From: a virus
DNA length: 39,338 nucleotides
Strand: one strand, 5' to 3'
IMG/VR virus record: IMGVR_UViG_3300034684_000358
Location: 1 to 39,338 of that record
The notes beneath the pieces were generated by a model. That model was not told where the DNA came from and made no database searches. It saw only the letters and a program-made list of their open reading frames with translations. The position numbers were made by a program, and so were the translations under genes. Below, piece after piece: positions 1 to 7,778 of this stretch; position 1 is the stretch's first letter; each line of letters begins with the position of its first letter.

Positions 1-121
1 GATATCCGCGCCGAGGTGTCTGCGCAACAGGATAGGTGGCAGGCCATAGCGGACCGCCTCACAAAGATAGAAGAGACCATCTGCTATGCACAAAAAGCCG
101 GTAGGCGTCCGGTCCTGTCGA
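1..121. repeat. Terminal direct repeat copy 1 (exact duplicate of 39218..39338); marks circular closure or terminal redundancy
   Basis: Compared base by base: 1..121 is identical to 39218..39338. Unit genome length is 39217 nt. Confidence 0.95.
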
Positions 122-270
122 AGTCGGACGCTGACTTTGTGCGGAAAATACCGCTGGGCTGGCCTGCCGGTGGCCCAAGCCATGATGCCTCCAACCGACA
201 TGTACGAAGGCTTCGTGATGCCTGTATTGCGCGTGCTCGGAGACTGTTGCAGAGGATCGATTTAACTTGA
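1..270 (+). CDS. Hypothetical protein, 3' part of the junction-spanning ORF that starts at 39158
   Basis: Same frame as 39158..39338 through the duplicated 121 nt. Stop TGA at 268..270. Confidence 0.7.
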   Translation, partial: DIRAEVSAQQDRWQAIADRLTKIEETICYAQKAGRRPVLSKSDADFVRKIPLGWPAGGPSHDASNRHVRRLRDACIARARRLLQRIDLT

Positions 271-298
271 TCCTCAGTATTCAGCTTTTGCAAGAATT

Positions 299-538
299 GT
301 GGGGAAATTTGTGCACAGGCATTGCACACACCATCATGAGTGTGCAAGCTTCCCGCAAGAGTGTGCTAAGTGTTATCTAGCACCTTGTCCCAGAGAGAAA
401 ATATCCTGGGATGAGGTGATAGCCAGAGCCGTGGCCTTCGCCGCAAAGGCGAAGGATGTGGAGCTGAAGCACCCAGAGAGTTATGTGGGTGTGCACGTCA
501 TACAAAGGGAGGAGCCGCTAACAACAAGAGGGAGATAG
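299..538 (+). CDS. Doubtful ORF: Cys/His-rich 79-aa product with no ATG in frame
   Basis: Only GTG starts and no SD upstream. Product begins HRHCTHHHECASFPQECAKCYLAPC. The region also carries GAGTGTGC(A/T)AAG direct repeats and a CCTTCGCC/GGCGAAGG hairpin, so it may be regulatory instead. Confidence 0.25.
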   Translation: MGKFVHRHCTHHHECASFPQECAKCYLAPCPREKISWDEVIARAVAFAAKAKDVELKHPESYVGVHVIQREEPLTTRGR

Positions 539-566
539 CTAATACAAGACAGGAAAGGAGATTAAG

Positions 567-983
567 ATGAAAGAGCTGCAGAAATTCATCAGCATCTTGA
601 AGGAAGATATTACCTGGCAGATGGATGTGGCATATGATATCACATCAAAAGACGACTCCTTCGACCCAGCTGATGATTATGAGATCTACTGCATCCTCCA
701 AAAGCTGGAGGAGGAGGCTGCAAATAACACATCTTTAGAAGAAATGATGGCAGCTTCTTGTGAGGTTGCCTTTGAGTTGGCAAATCAGAAGATAAGAGAT
801 GAGCTAACCTATTGGCTTCATCATTGCCCTATCGCATATCAATTATGCGAGGAGGTTGTTGCAGATTTCAGATTACAGGAGATCACCTTTGACTGCATCA
901 TACGTTTTGCACATGCAAGGTGGCTAAAATATGTGATTGAGGAGGTGATTTTTGCAATCAACAGATTTATAAAAGAAGGATGA
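567..983 (+). CDS. Hypothetical early protein, acidic, 138 aa
   Basis: AGGAAAGGAG upstream of the ATG. Clean ORF with no recognisable motif. Confidence 0.8.
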   Translation: MKELQKFISILKEDITWQMDVAYDITSKDDSFDPADDYEIYCILQKLEEEAANNTSLEEMMAASCEVAFELANQKIRDELTYWLHHCPIAYQLCEEVVADFRLQEITFDCIIRFAHARWLKYVIEEVIFAINRFIKEG

Positions 984-1027
984 AATCATCAAAGCAATTC
1001 TAGTAGAGGAGGAGGAGGAAGAATAGG

Positions 1028-1222
1028 ATGGATGGAAGAGCCTTGAAAAATTTGGAGAAGTGCGGGCAATCCATCATTGATAGTTTGATTGAGATGAGTA
1101 GGATTGCAGAAGAGGAGATCCTCTCCCTCCAATCTTACATAAAAGAGCTGGAGGATGAGGTGGCTTTTTGGAAGCTGCAGGCCAATTATTGGCTGAAAGC
1201 TGCAAAAGAAGGGAGGAGATGA
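1028..1222 (+). CDS. Hypothetical small coiled-coil protein, 64 aa
   Basis: A GAGGAGGAGGAGG run lies upstream. Heptad-like sequence. Confidence 0.7.
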   Translation: MDGRALKNLEKCGQSIIDSLIEMSRIAEEEILSLQSYIKELEDEVAFWKLQANYWLKAAKEGRR

Positions 1223-1223
1223 G

Positions 1224-1658
1224 ATGAGTCAAGTGAAGGTGTTTCAAGACAATAAAACAGGCTGGTGTATTGACAGGTTCTACACCTGGGCTACAGCAAA
1301 CAAAAGGAAGGAGTTTAAGATTGCGGGGGAAGTAGATACTCCCCTCCATATATTCATAAACCAGCTTAAAGATGAGGTAGCCAACGGTAATTACCTACTG
1401 GTGGAAAATAATCTGCTGGATGTAGAAGTTTTAGTTGGTATGGATACAGAATGGGGTTTCCGAGGAAGGAAGATGAAGCTGGCCAGATATTATAATAAGG
1501 AGCACAACTTAACAATATTTGTTCGGAAATCCTCCCTCAATAGGGCTACCCGCAAATACGAGCTACTCTACATCCCTCAGCACAAGGCGGTAACAAATAA
1601 GGATTTTTCTGCGATTATCATGTGTGTGGATATGGAAGGGAGGAGTGGAGATGAATAA
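1224..1658 (+). CDS. Hypothetical protein, 144 aa
   Basis: GGGAGGAG upstream. The ATG lies 1 nt after the preceding stop. Confidence 0.8.
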   Translation: MSQVKVFQDNKTGWCIDRFYTWATANKRKEFKIAGEVDTPLHIFINQLKDEVANGNYLLVENNLLDVEVLVGMDTEWGFRGRKMKLARYYNKEHNLTIFVRKSSLNRATRKYELLYIPQHKAVTNKDFSAIIMCVDMEGRSGDE

Positions 1659-1926
1659 GATAGTCTGGACCAAACAGCTTGAAGAGTTGCAGTATGTTGT
1701 AGCGGCGGGTAAGCCATACAAGTGCAAAACCTGGCTTGTGAATGCAGAGGGAAAAAGGACGTTGATTGCAAATGCACCGGTTAGGGTGCTGAGAAATTTT
1801 AAGCTACTGAGTGGGAAGGATGGGTGTTCAACAGAGGCAGTAATCTATGATGGAATTGCCTTTGTAAGGGAGATTGGTATTGGGATATTTTTTAACGAGT
1901 TGTATGTTGCTGCCATCATCAACTAA
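1651..1926 (+). CDS. Hypothetical protein, 91 aa
   Basis: Internal ATG 1651 is preferred to track start 1624: GGGAGGAG lies 5 nt upstream and the ORF overlaps the upstream stop. Confidence 0.7.
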   Translation: MNKIVWTKQLEELQYVVAAGKPYKCKTWLVNAEGKRTLIANAPVRVLRNFKLLSGKDGCSTEAVIYDGIAFVREIGIGIFFNELYVAAIIN

Positions 1927-1940
1927 AAAGGAGGATTAAA

Positions 1941-2510
1941 ATGTGCCATACCGTTCTGACTGTTGATAGGGAGCTGTTCTATCTTTATATGGGAAGAGGA
2001 TACCTTCTAGGAAGGAAAGCCATCCATCTATGTAAGGATGGATATCCCATTTCCCCAGTCCGAAAAACCCCATTAGCAACAAATCTAGCGAATGTTAATG
2101 GGGAGATGTTTGCAATTAAGATGGGAGATGAACTAGCTGGTGTTAGGATGCAGGACATCTCCCTAGAATTACCAACCCTAAATCTCCGCCCACACCAAAT
2201 CAAAATCAAGCTGAAAGCTGGCTACCACATCTCCCCACTCTCCATATATGTGGAGAATTCTGCAATGTATCTGGTGCTATTTAATGAGTATGATGTTACC
2301 TTCTTTGATGGGACGGATGTGAGTGTTGCAACATTCTATCTGCTGAATAAAAGGATGTTGCAGAGGATGTTTGAAAATAGTAAGGAAGAAAGGAGTCCAG
2401 CAGCAAACAAAGCTGGAGAAAAATGGATTGAGGAATTGGGAGGTAGGAATGATTGGCTATATTATAAACTAGCCAGAAAATTTGGAATCCGTGAAGAGGA
2501 GGATGAATAA
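1941..2510 (+). CDS. Hypothetical protein, 189 aa
   Basis: AAAGGAGG upstream. No recognisable motif. Confidence 0.8.
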   Translation: MCHTVLTVDRELFYLYMGRGYLLGRKAIHLCKDGYPISPVRKTPLATNLANVNGEMFAIKMGDELAGVRMQDISLELPTLNLRPHQIKIKLKAGYHISPLSIYVENSAMYLVLFNEYDVTFFDGTDVSVATFYLLNKRMLQRMFENSKEERSPAANKAGEKWIEELGGRNDWLYYKLARKFGIREEEDE

Positions 2511-2813
2511 ATGAGCAGCAAAATTCCCCAAAGGCTACACCTACTGTGGTCGAAGGTGTTGGATTTGAAGCCAAATCAGGTTTTGGTGTTGAGGAGCATC
2601 CCAAGGATGCAATATAAACAGCTGCTAAAAGATATTAGGAAAGCAATACAAGTGAGCGAAAACCTCAACCTGTATGATGATTACACAATAATCTATGCAG
2701 CAAGAAAAACAGCTAGTGGATATGACATCTTCTTCCAAAAGCAGCCTGTAATAAACAAGGCTACCATTGTGGAGATTAATGAGGATGATGTCAAAATTAA
2801 GGAGGAGGAATAA
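2511..2813 (+). CDS. Hypothetical protein, 100 aa
   Basis: The ATG directly abuts the upstream TAA. GAGGAGGA upstream. Confidence 0.75.
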   Translation: MSSKIPQRLHLLWSKVLDLKPNQVLVLRSIPRMQYKQLLKDIRKAIQVSENLNLYDDYTIIYAARKTASGYDIFFQKQPVINKATIVEINEDDVKIKEEE

Positions 2814-2814
2814 A

Positions 2815-3054
2815 ATGGCTGGGTATTATGATAGTTTGGAGAAGCAGATTTTGCAGCTTCCTCTCAATAAAAAGATTGTTTTGAGGTTTGCTGATCAGAA
2901 GGAAGCTGACAGAGTGAGGCTTGCTTTATACAGGAGGGCAGGCAGGTTGGAGAATCAAATGAAAGGAGCTGTTAGGATTAGTAGGGAGAAGGATAATCTG
3001 GGATATATCATTACTATAGAGCATGTGGAGCCTCTTGTTGGCACCATTTTGTAA
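2815..3054 (+). CDS. Hypothetical protein, 79 aa
   Basis: ATG 2815 (MAGYYDS...) follows GGAGGAGGAATAAA and is preferred to track start 2767. Confidence 0.7.
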   Translation: MAGYYDSLEKQILQLPLNKKIVLRFADQKEADRVRLALYRRAGRLENQMKGAVRISREKDNLGYIITIEHVEPLVGTIL

Positions 3055-3131
3055 ATGGTTGGAATTGCACACAAAATTGTGGTACCCTCAAATTCGCACG
3101 AGAACCGCACTAGAACGCACTTAACCACAAG

Positions 3132-3168
3132 AAGGTACGGGACTATTGCCCCCGTACCTTTTTGTGTT
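3132..3168 (+). terminator. Rho-independent terminator closing the early ORFan block
   Basis: 10-bp stem AAGGTACGGG (3132..3141) / CCCGTACCTT (3151..3160) followed by TTTGTGTTTG. Confidence 0.75.
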
Positions 3169-3300
3169 TGTGGGCCAACGTCGCAACAAATTGACGGCAA
3201 AATTTCCCTAGTCCGTGGTGACCACTTGGGAACGCCAAAAATTAGTGCAAATTTGGTACGCAACGGCGGACAAAATTGCCCTTGTGCCGGCCACTTAAGT

Positions 3301-3317
3301 TGTTTACACTGTAAACA
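3301..3317. promoter_or_regulatory. 17-nt palindrome TGTTTACA-C-TGTAAACA; candidate operator of the adjacent RHH gene
   Basis: Perfect 8-1-8 inverted repeat ending 3 nt before the AAGGAGGAG RBS of the RHH ORF. Confidence 0.6.
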
Positions 3318-3334
3318 CCAAAGGAGGAGAAGCT

Positions 3335-3508
3335 ATGAAGGTAAGAGATTCCCCGCAGAGCAGGGAAAAGAGGCTGGTAGAAGTAATATCAATCAGAGTC
3401 CCTAGGGGGCTGGCTGACTGGCTGAAATCCGAAGCCAGAAAGAAGGATTGGACAGTTAGCCAGCTAATTAGAAATATCATCAAAGAGTGGAGGAAGCATC
3501 ATGGCTAA
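3335..3508 (+). CDS. Ribbon-helix-helix (CopG/Arc/MetJ-type) DNA-binding protein, 57 aa; not in the ORF track
   Basis: ATG 3335 follows AAGGAGGAG. Product is MKVRDSPQSREKRLVEVISIRVPRGLADWLKSEARKKDWTVSQLIRNIIKEWRKHHG, a beta-strand (ISIRVP) plus two helices. It overlaps the next ATG by 8 nt. Confidence 0.7.
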   Translation: MKVRDSPQSREKRLVEVISIRVPRGLADWLKSEARKKDWTVSQLIRNIIKEWRKHHG

Positions 3509-3917
3509 GAAGGTTCTCAACATCACCCAGGAAGAAGTTAATGGCCCCATCACCTTTGCGGTGGAGGGATTCGATCCCATCACCATCAACCCCAAACAGC
3601 TTCCCGAAGAGATCCGCAGCAGATTGCTGGATTATGGGCTGACTGCAAAAGTCAGCCGCTCTATTGCTGGGAAAGGCGGCGACCCGGAAGCTGCTTATGC
3701 CAGTATGAAAGCAGTTGTTGAGGCCCTCCAGGCAGGCAACTGGAACCTGCCTCGCGCTGGAGGCGGTGGCCAGTCTGCCTCCAAGGTTGCAAAGGCTGCC
3801 ACCCTGGCTGCCCTTGCCAAGGTGCCTTCGCAGGTGCGGAAGCAGGTTGCCGAACAGCTCATCAAGGATGGTGCGCCTATCACCATGGATGATCTGGTGC
3901 AGGCTGGCCTTGTTTAA
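3501..3917 (+). CDS. Hypothetical protein, 138 aa; distant paralog of 35636..36031
   Basis: Coupled to the RHH gene. Shares the pattern I.IN.K...EE.....L...GL ... L..G and a Lys/Ala-rich tail with the 35636 product. Visibly more G+C-rich than its neighbours. Confidence 0.8.
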   Translation: MAKKVLNITQEEVNGPITFAVEGFDPITINPKQLPEEIRSRLLDYGLTAKVSRSIAGKGGDPEAAYASMKAVVEALQAGNWNLPRAGGGGQSASKVAKAATLAALAKVPSQVRKQVAEQLIKDGAPITMDDLVQAGLV

Positions 3918-3927
3918 CAGCCAAATA

Positions 3928-3949
3928 GGGAGGGCAGATTTGCCCTCCC
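3928..3949 (+). promoter_or_regulatory. GC-rich stem-loop GGGAGGGCA-GATT-TGCCCTCCC with no U-tract
   Basis: 9-bp perfect stem. The 3' arm CCTCC is complementary to the ligase SD GGAGG (3957..3961), 8 nt downstream. Confidence 0.6.
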
Positions 3950-3969
3950 AAATATAGGAGGACAGTGAT

Positions 3970-4788
3970 ATGATTTGCATGAAGCCTGTCCCTCTCTCAA
4001 CTCCCTCCCTCCCTCCCCAACTGAAAGCTGCTTATGTGCAGCCCAAATTAAATGGTATTAGGGCTTTCTGGGATCCTGATAAGGAGAAGCTGCTCACCAG
4101 AACAGGCAAAACAATAAGCAGCTGCCCTCACATTGTTGCTGCAATAAAATCCCTCCCACTCCCATACAACCAACTAAAGCTAGATGGGGAAATCTACAAA
4201 CACCAGCTTCCCCTGCAAGTAATTAGTGGTGCAGTCAGGAGATATTTCCCATCTGCCTTGAGTGCGGAATTTGAATACCACATCTTCGATTTCATCTCCT
4301 CCCAACCTTATCTGAAGAGGAAACATCTGTTAGATAATTTGCCTGCAAATAATCCAATTATTAAATGTGTGAAGACGGTTTTTGTAGATGGTACAGAAGC
4401 TGATTCGAAAATCCAGTTTTATTGTGAGCAGTTTGTGCAGGAAGGATATGAGGGAATAATTATCAGAAACCCATCCGCTCCATATGATGATGGCAGGCAT
4501 GTCGGATTTATGTGGAAATACAAGCCGGTCAAGTATATGGAGTGTGAGTTGATTGGGTTGAGGGCAGCTACAACAGACAGGAATGCTGCCACATTCGGCA
4601 GCCTAAAATTGCGCACTCCAGATGGGTTTATTGTGTATTGTAGCGGGCTGGCTGACCATGATCGGGAGATTATTTCAAATAACTTCAGCAGATTGTATGG
4701 GAGAAAGGTGCTGATTAGTTACGACGAGCTTTCTTTAGAAGGGAAGCCGATGAGATTAAGGTTTGAGCAGCTTGTGGAGGAGGATTAA
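3970..4788 (+). CDS. ATP-dependent DNA ligase (T7-type minimal ligase)
   Basis: Nucleotidyltransferase motifs occur in order: I KLNGIR, III LDGEIY, IIIa YHIFDF, IV EGIIIRNP, V FMWKYKP. AGGAGG lies upstream. Confidence 0.85.
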   Translation: MICMKPVPLSTPSLPPQLKAAYVQPKLNGIRAFWDPDKEKLLTRTGKTISSCPHIVAAIKSLPLPYNQLKLDGEIYKHQLPLQVISGAVRRYFPSALSAEFEYHIFDFISSQPYLKRKHLLDNLPANNPIIKCVKTVFVDGTEADSKIQFYCEQFVQEGYEGIIIRNPSAPYDDGRHVGFMWKYKPVKYMECELIGLRAATTDRNAATFGSLKLRTPDGFIVYCSGLADHDREIISNNFSRLYGRKVLISYDELSLEGKPMRLRFEQLVEED

Positions 4789-4790
4789 AG

Positions 4791-4901
4791 ATGAGTCATG
4801 CAATCGTACCCAATGATGGCTGGCGTTTTCTGGACCTCGGCGATGGGATTCTGTCAGGAACAAAATACATGATTTGTTGTTTGGGAGGAGAGACGAAATG
4901 A
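4791..4901 (+). CDS. Possible small protein, 36 aa; not in the ORF track
   Basis: ATG 4791 follows GGAGGAGG. It ends in an ATGA overlap with the next gene start at 4898. Confidence 0.4.
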   Translation: MSHAIVPNDGWRFLDLGDGILSGTKYMICCLGGETK

Positions 4902-5248
4902 ACAAGAAATTAGATGACTGGACGATCAGCTATTATCGAGGCGCTCTGGATGCTGCGAAAAGAGAGGTTGACCGTCTTATGAGTTGTGCAAAGGATATGA
5001 AAGCGACGGTGGACCAGTTCGATTGCATGTTGCAGAGTCTTGCTGCTGGCACATGGAAACCGATGCATGAGGCCCCCAAAGATGGAACGCATATTCTCAT
5101 CCGATTTACTGGCGGACTGGTCCAGGTGTGTTATTGGCAGGTAGATAGCGGGTGGGTGGTTGCTGGAGATCCGATTACGAGGGTCTCCGGTGACCCCATC
5201 GCTTGGGCGGAGATTCTTTGGGAGGATAAAAATGGATTGGTTGGATAA
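4898..5248 (+). CDS. Hypothetical protein with a DUF551-like C-terminal domain
   Basis: ATG 4898 follows GGGAGGAG. WKPMHEAPKDGTHILIRF...VCYW resembles the W..(E)APKDGT..(I/V)L(I/V) signature I associate with DUF551-type phage proteins. Confidence 0.55.
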   Translation: MNKKLDDWTISYYRGALDAAKREVDRLMSCAKDMKATVDQFDCMLQSLAAGTWKPMHEAPKDGTHILIRFTGGLVQVCYWQVDSGWVVAGDPITRVSGDPIAWAEILWEDKNGLVG

Positions 5249-6143
5249 CACGAGAATAGTTGCTTTGGAAAGGTGCCCGAGAAGTTATTATTGGCGCCAT
5301 GAGAAGAATTTGACAAAGTCATCTGCAATTAGTGCAGCTCTGTTGTATGGCAGCTGTGTCCACAAAGCTTTTGAGGAAGGCCTGAAACACATCAAAGCTG
5401 GAGGCACTCAAGAAAGGGCATACGCAATCGCCCTGGATGCTTTCAAAAGCAGATGGGAGGAGGAAGATATAAACAACCTGGAATTGATGGAGGATGATTG
5501 GAGAGGATATGGGAGTTTCAATGAGGCTTTTATGAGCTGGTGGCCTTCCACACTGGAAGCAATTAGCTTCTGGCCCAACCTGGAAATTGTAGAAGCTAGA
5601 TTGGCTGTCCCTGTTCCCAATACTAAAGATTGGGAATATAGATGCAGAGTAGATTTGTGCCTCTCCAATGGTGGTAGTTATATGATAGTGGACCACAAAA
5701 CCACATCAAGGAGTATCAGCCTAGCCACCAATATATACGTAAACAGCCCTCAAATAACAACATATGCTTGGGCATGGTCGCGATACAAGCAGAAAGATGT
5801 TGTTATTGGAGCTGCCTACAACTTCCTTCATTCGGCAAAGAGGAGGACAAAAACAGGATGGGGCAAACTGTCTGTTGACCATGGATTTGTTCCAGTAGCT
5901 GTCACACCCAAAATTTTATGGATGATGGAAAGGAGGATTACGCAGGCTGTTGAAGAAATCAGATCACGAAGATATACCAATAACTGGCCACTCAGGTTGT
6001 CTCAGTGTCAAGGCAGGTATGATACCTGCGAATTCAAACTGCTGTGTGATAATATAGGATTTGATTCTCCTCACGACAGCTACGTGGAATATGCTTTGGA
6101 GAGTGGGTATGTTATCGAAGAGTGGGACCCCTTCCAGCTTTAA
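5232..6143 (+). CDS. PD-(D/E)XK nuclease, Cas4/RecB-like, with putative Fe-S cysteines
   Basis: N-terminal Cys (ERCPRSYYW), core RVDLC...IVDHKT, C-terminal CQGRYDTCEFKLLC. ATG 5232 follows GGAGGATAAAA and overlaps the upstream stop. Confidence 0.8.
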   Translation: MDWLDNTRIVALERCPRSYYWRHEKNLTKSSAISAALLYGSCVHKAFEEGLKHIKAGGTQERAYAIALDAFKSRWEEEDINNLELMEDDWRGYGSFNEAFMSWWPSTLEAISFWPNLEIVEARLAVPVPNTKDWEYRCRVDLCLSNGGSYMIVDHKTTSRSISLATNIYVNSPQITTYAWAWSRYKQKDVVIGAAYNFLHSAKRRTKTGWGKLSVDHGFVPVAVTPKILWMMERRITQAVEEIRSRRYTNNWPLRLSQCQGRYDTCEFKLLCDNIGFDSPHDSYVEYALESGYVIEEWDPFQL

Positions 6144-6169
6144 CTTTCACCAAGTGAAGGAGAGAGGAA

Positions 6170-6910
6170 ATGCCATTTTTGGATACAGAAAAAAGAGATG
6201 TGCCAGACAGGCTGAAAATTTTGCTGTATGGAGAAACAGGCACAGGGAAGAGCTACCTCGCCAGCAGCCTACCACAACCTGGATATCTGTTGAATTTTGA
6301 TGATTGCGAAACAGACTACTCAAAACCAAATATGCAGTGGTGGGTGACACCTGAAATTTATAACAAGCAAACCCCAATTCAGCAAAGGTGGATGTTATTG
6401 CGGCAGGATTTGAACAAGCTGCAGAGCGGGAAGATTGGAGATGTGGAGTTTAAATCGCTTGTATTAGACAGCACCACATCCCTTTCCCGCCTAGCTCTGG
6501 AGCATGCTCTCGCTCTAAATAAGAGCAGGGGACCAGATGGAGGGCCTATCTGGAATGTGCACAGGAGCATGGCGAAAAATCTGGTGGAGGAGGTGATTGG
6601 AAATGTGCTAGCTTTCCCCGGAATTGTCTGTGTAATCGGGCATCCAGAAATTGTCAAACATGAATTGACAGGAGAGATTAAAGGGCAGCTCAATCTGCCA
6701 GGCAAACTAACAGTGGAGGTTCCATCTATGTTTGATGAGGTGTGGATTACAACAGCAACCAAAACGAAGGAGGGTATTGCATATGAAGTAAGTTTTGTTC
6801 CAACAGGATTTTATAGGGCAAGGAGCAGGTTGAAGGGATATTTTGCATCCAATGCTGAATCTGCTCCCAACAATTGGCAGGAGATTGTCAAAATTCTGAA
6901 AGGAGAATGA
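6170..6910 (+). CDS. AAA_24-type ATPase (Sak4-like recombination ATPase)
   Basis: Walker A LLYGETGTGKSYLA and Walker B-like LVLDSTTS. Sits between a nuclease and an SSB-like gene, as in phage recombination modules. Confidence 0.7.
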   Translation: MPFLDTEKRDVPDRLKILLYGETGTGKSYLASSLPQPGYLLNFDDCETDYSKPNMQWWVTPEIYNKQTPIQQRWMLLRQDLNKLQSGKIGDVEFKSLVLDSTTSLSRLALEHALALNKSRGPDGGPIWNVHRSMAKNLVEEVIGNVLAFPGIVCVIGHPEIVKHELTGEIKGQLNLPGKLTVEVPSMFDEVWITTATKTKEGIAYEVSFVPTGFYRARSRLKGYFASNAESAPNNWQEIVKILKGE

Positions 6911-6912
6911 GG

Positions 6913-7353
6913 ATGAGTTTGATTAATCAGTTTAAGGAGCAGTTTGCTGAGCAGATGAATGCTGGGAGTATGCTTGTCCCTCCCGGCACTTATCAGGCTG
7001 TGTTTGTGGGATATGATGAGGATGCGGATAACTACAGGATCATTCTGAAATTTACCTTGCAGAACAATCCTGGCATGGAAATGCCTGATGGCACCCCTGT
7101 GGATGGGACGGATGTGTATTACAATGTGTGGCTGCCCAAGCCGGGAGATGAAAACATCCCATCCAAAAGAGGCAGCAAGGCTACGGTGAAAATTAGTATG
7201 GCCAATCGGGTGTGGAAGGCTCTTGGCTGGGATCCTCGTACTGGAGATGATTTGGGTGTCTGTTTGGGCAGCCCTGTTTTGTTGGACATCATCAATGAGG
7301 AATATAATGAGGAAATGCAAGAAAGTGTAAGCAGGGTGAAGCCTCTTAGATAA
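6913..7353 (+). CDS. DUF669-like protein, putative ssDNA-binding protein
   Basis: ATG 6913 lies 7 nt after AGGAG. VPPGTYQAVFVGY...IILKFTLQ matches the N-terminal pattern of DUF669 proteins, which usually follow AAA_24 genes. Confidence 0.5.
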   Translation: MSLINQFKEQFAEQMNAGSMLVPPGTYQAVFVGYDEDADNYRIILKFTLQNNPGMEMPDGTPVDGTDVYYNVWLPKPGDENIPSKRGSKATVKISMANRVWKALGWDPRTGDDLGVCLGSPVLLDIINEEYNEEMQESVSRVKPLR

Positions 7354-7360
7354 TTGAGAT

Positions 7361-7384
7361 GGGAGGGCCGGCCTAGGCCCTCCC
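7361..7384 (+). promoter_or_regulatory. GC-rich stem-loop GGGAGGGCC-GGCCTA-GGCCCTCCC with no U-tract
   Basis: 9-bp perfect stem. The 3' arm CCCTCC (7378..7383) is complementary to GGAGGG (7392..7397) in the SD region of the M15 peptidase gene, with an 8-nt loop. Confidence 0.6.
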
Positions 7385-7401
7385 TGCAAATGGAGGGAGG
7401 G

Positions 7402-7761
7402 ATGCAATTAACAGAGCACTTTAAGTTGGATGAATTCAGATGTAAATGCTGCGGAAAGGCAGACTATGTTGACGATCTGCAAAGATTGGCAATGGCTTTG
7501 GAGAAGATCAGATCTTTGGTAGGTCAACCTTTGCTGATAACAAGTGGGTGGAGATGCAAACAACACAATATGCGGGTAGGGGGTGCTTACAAATCTCCTC
7601 ATCTGAAAGGATTGGCAGCTGACATTGCTTGCCATACCTCTTTATTCAGATACAAATTAGTTGCAGCCGCATTGGAGTGTGGGATAAAAAGAATCGGGAT
7701 TGGCCCAAACTTTGTTCATGTAGATTTGTTGGATAGTGATGGGATGATTTGGACCTACTAA
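7402..7761 (+). CDS. Peptidase M15A-family zinc cell-wall peptidase (endolysin candidate)
   Basis: HFKLDEFRCKCCG, SGWRCKQHNMRVGGAYKSPHLKGLAADI and FVHVDL match the Peptidase_M15_3 signature. ATG 7402 follows GGAGGGAGGG. Confidence 0.8.
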   Translation: MQLTEHFKLDEFRCKCCGKADYVDDLQRLAMALEKIRSLVGQPLLITSGWRCKQHNMRVGGAYKSPHLKGLAADIACHTSLFRYKLVAAALECGIKRIGIGPNFVHVDLLDSDGMIWTY

Positions 7762-7778
7762 TAAAAGGAGGATTTGGA

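Noticed and set aside
3055-3405. 116-aa plus-strand ORF
   Set aside because: It reads through a clear rho-independent terminator and the palindromic operator. It has no SD and is out of frame with the SD-led RHH ORF that explains the region better.
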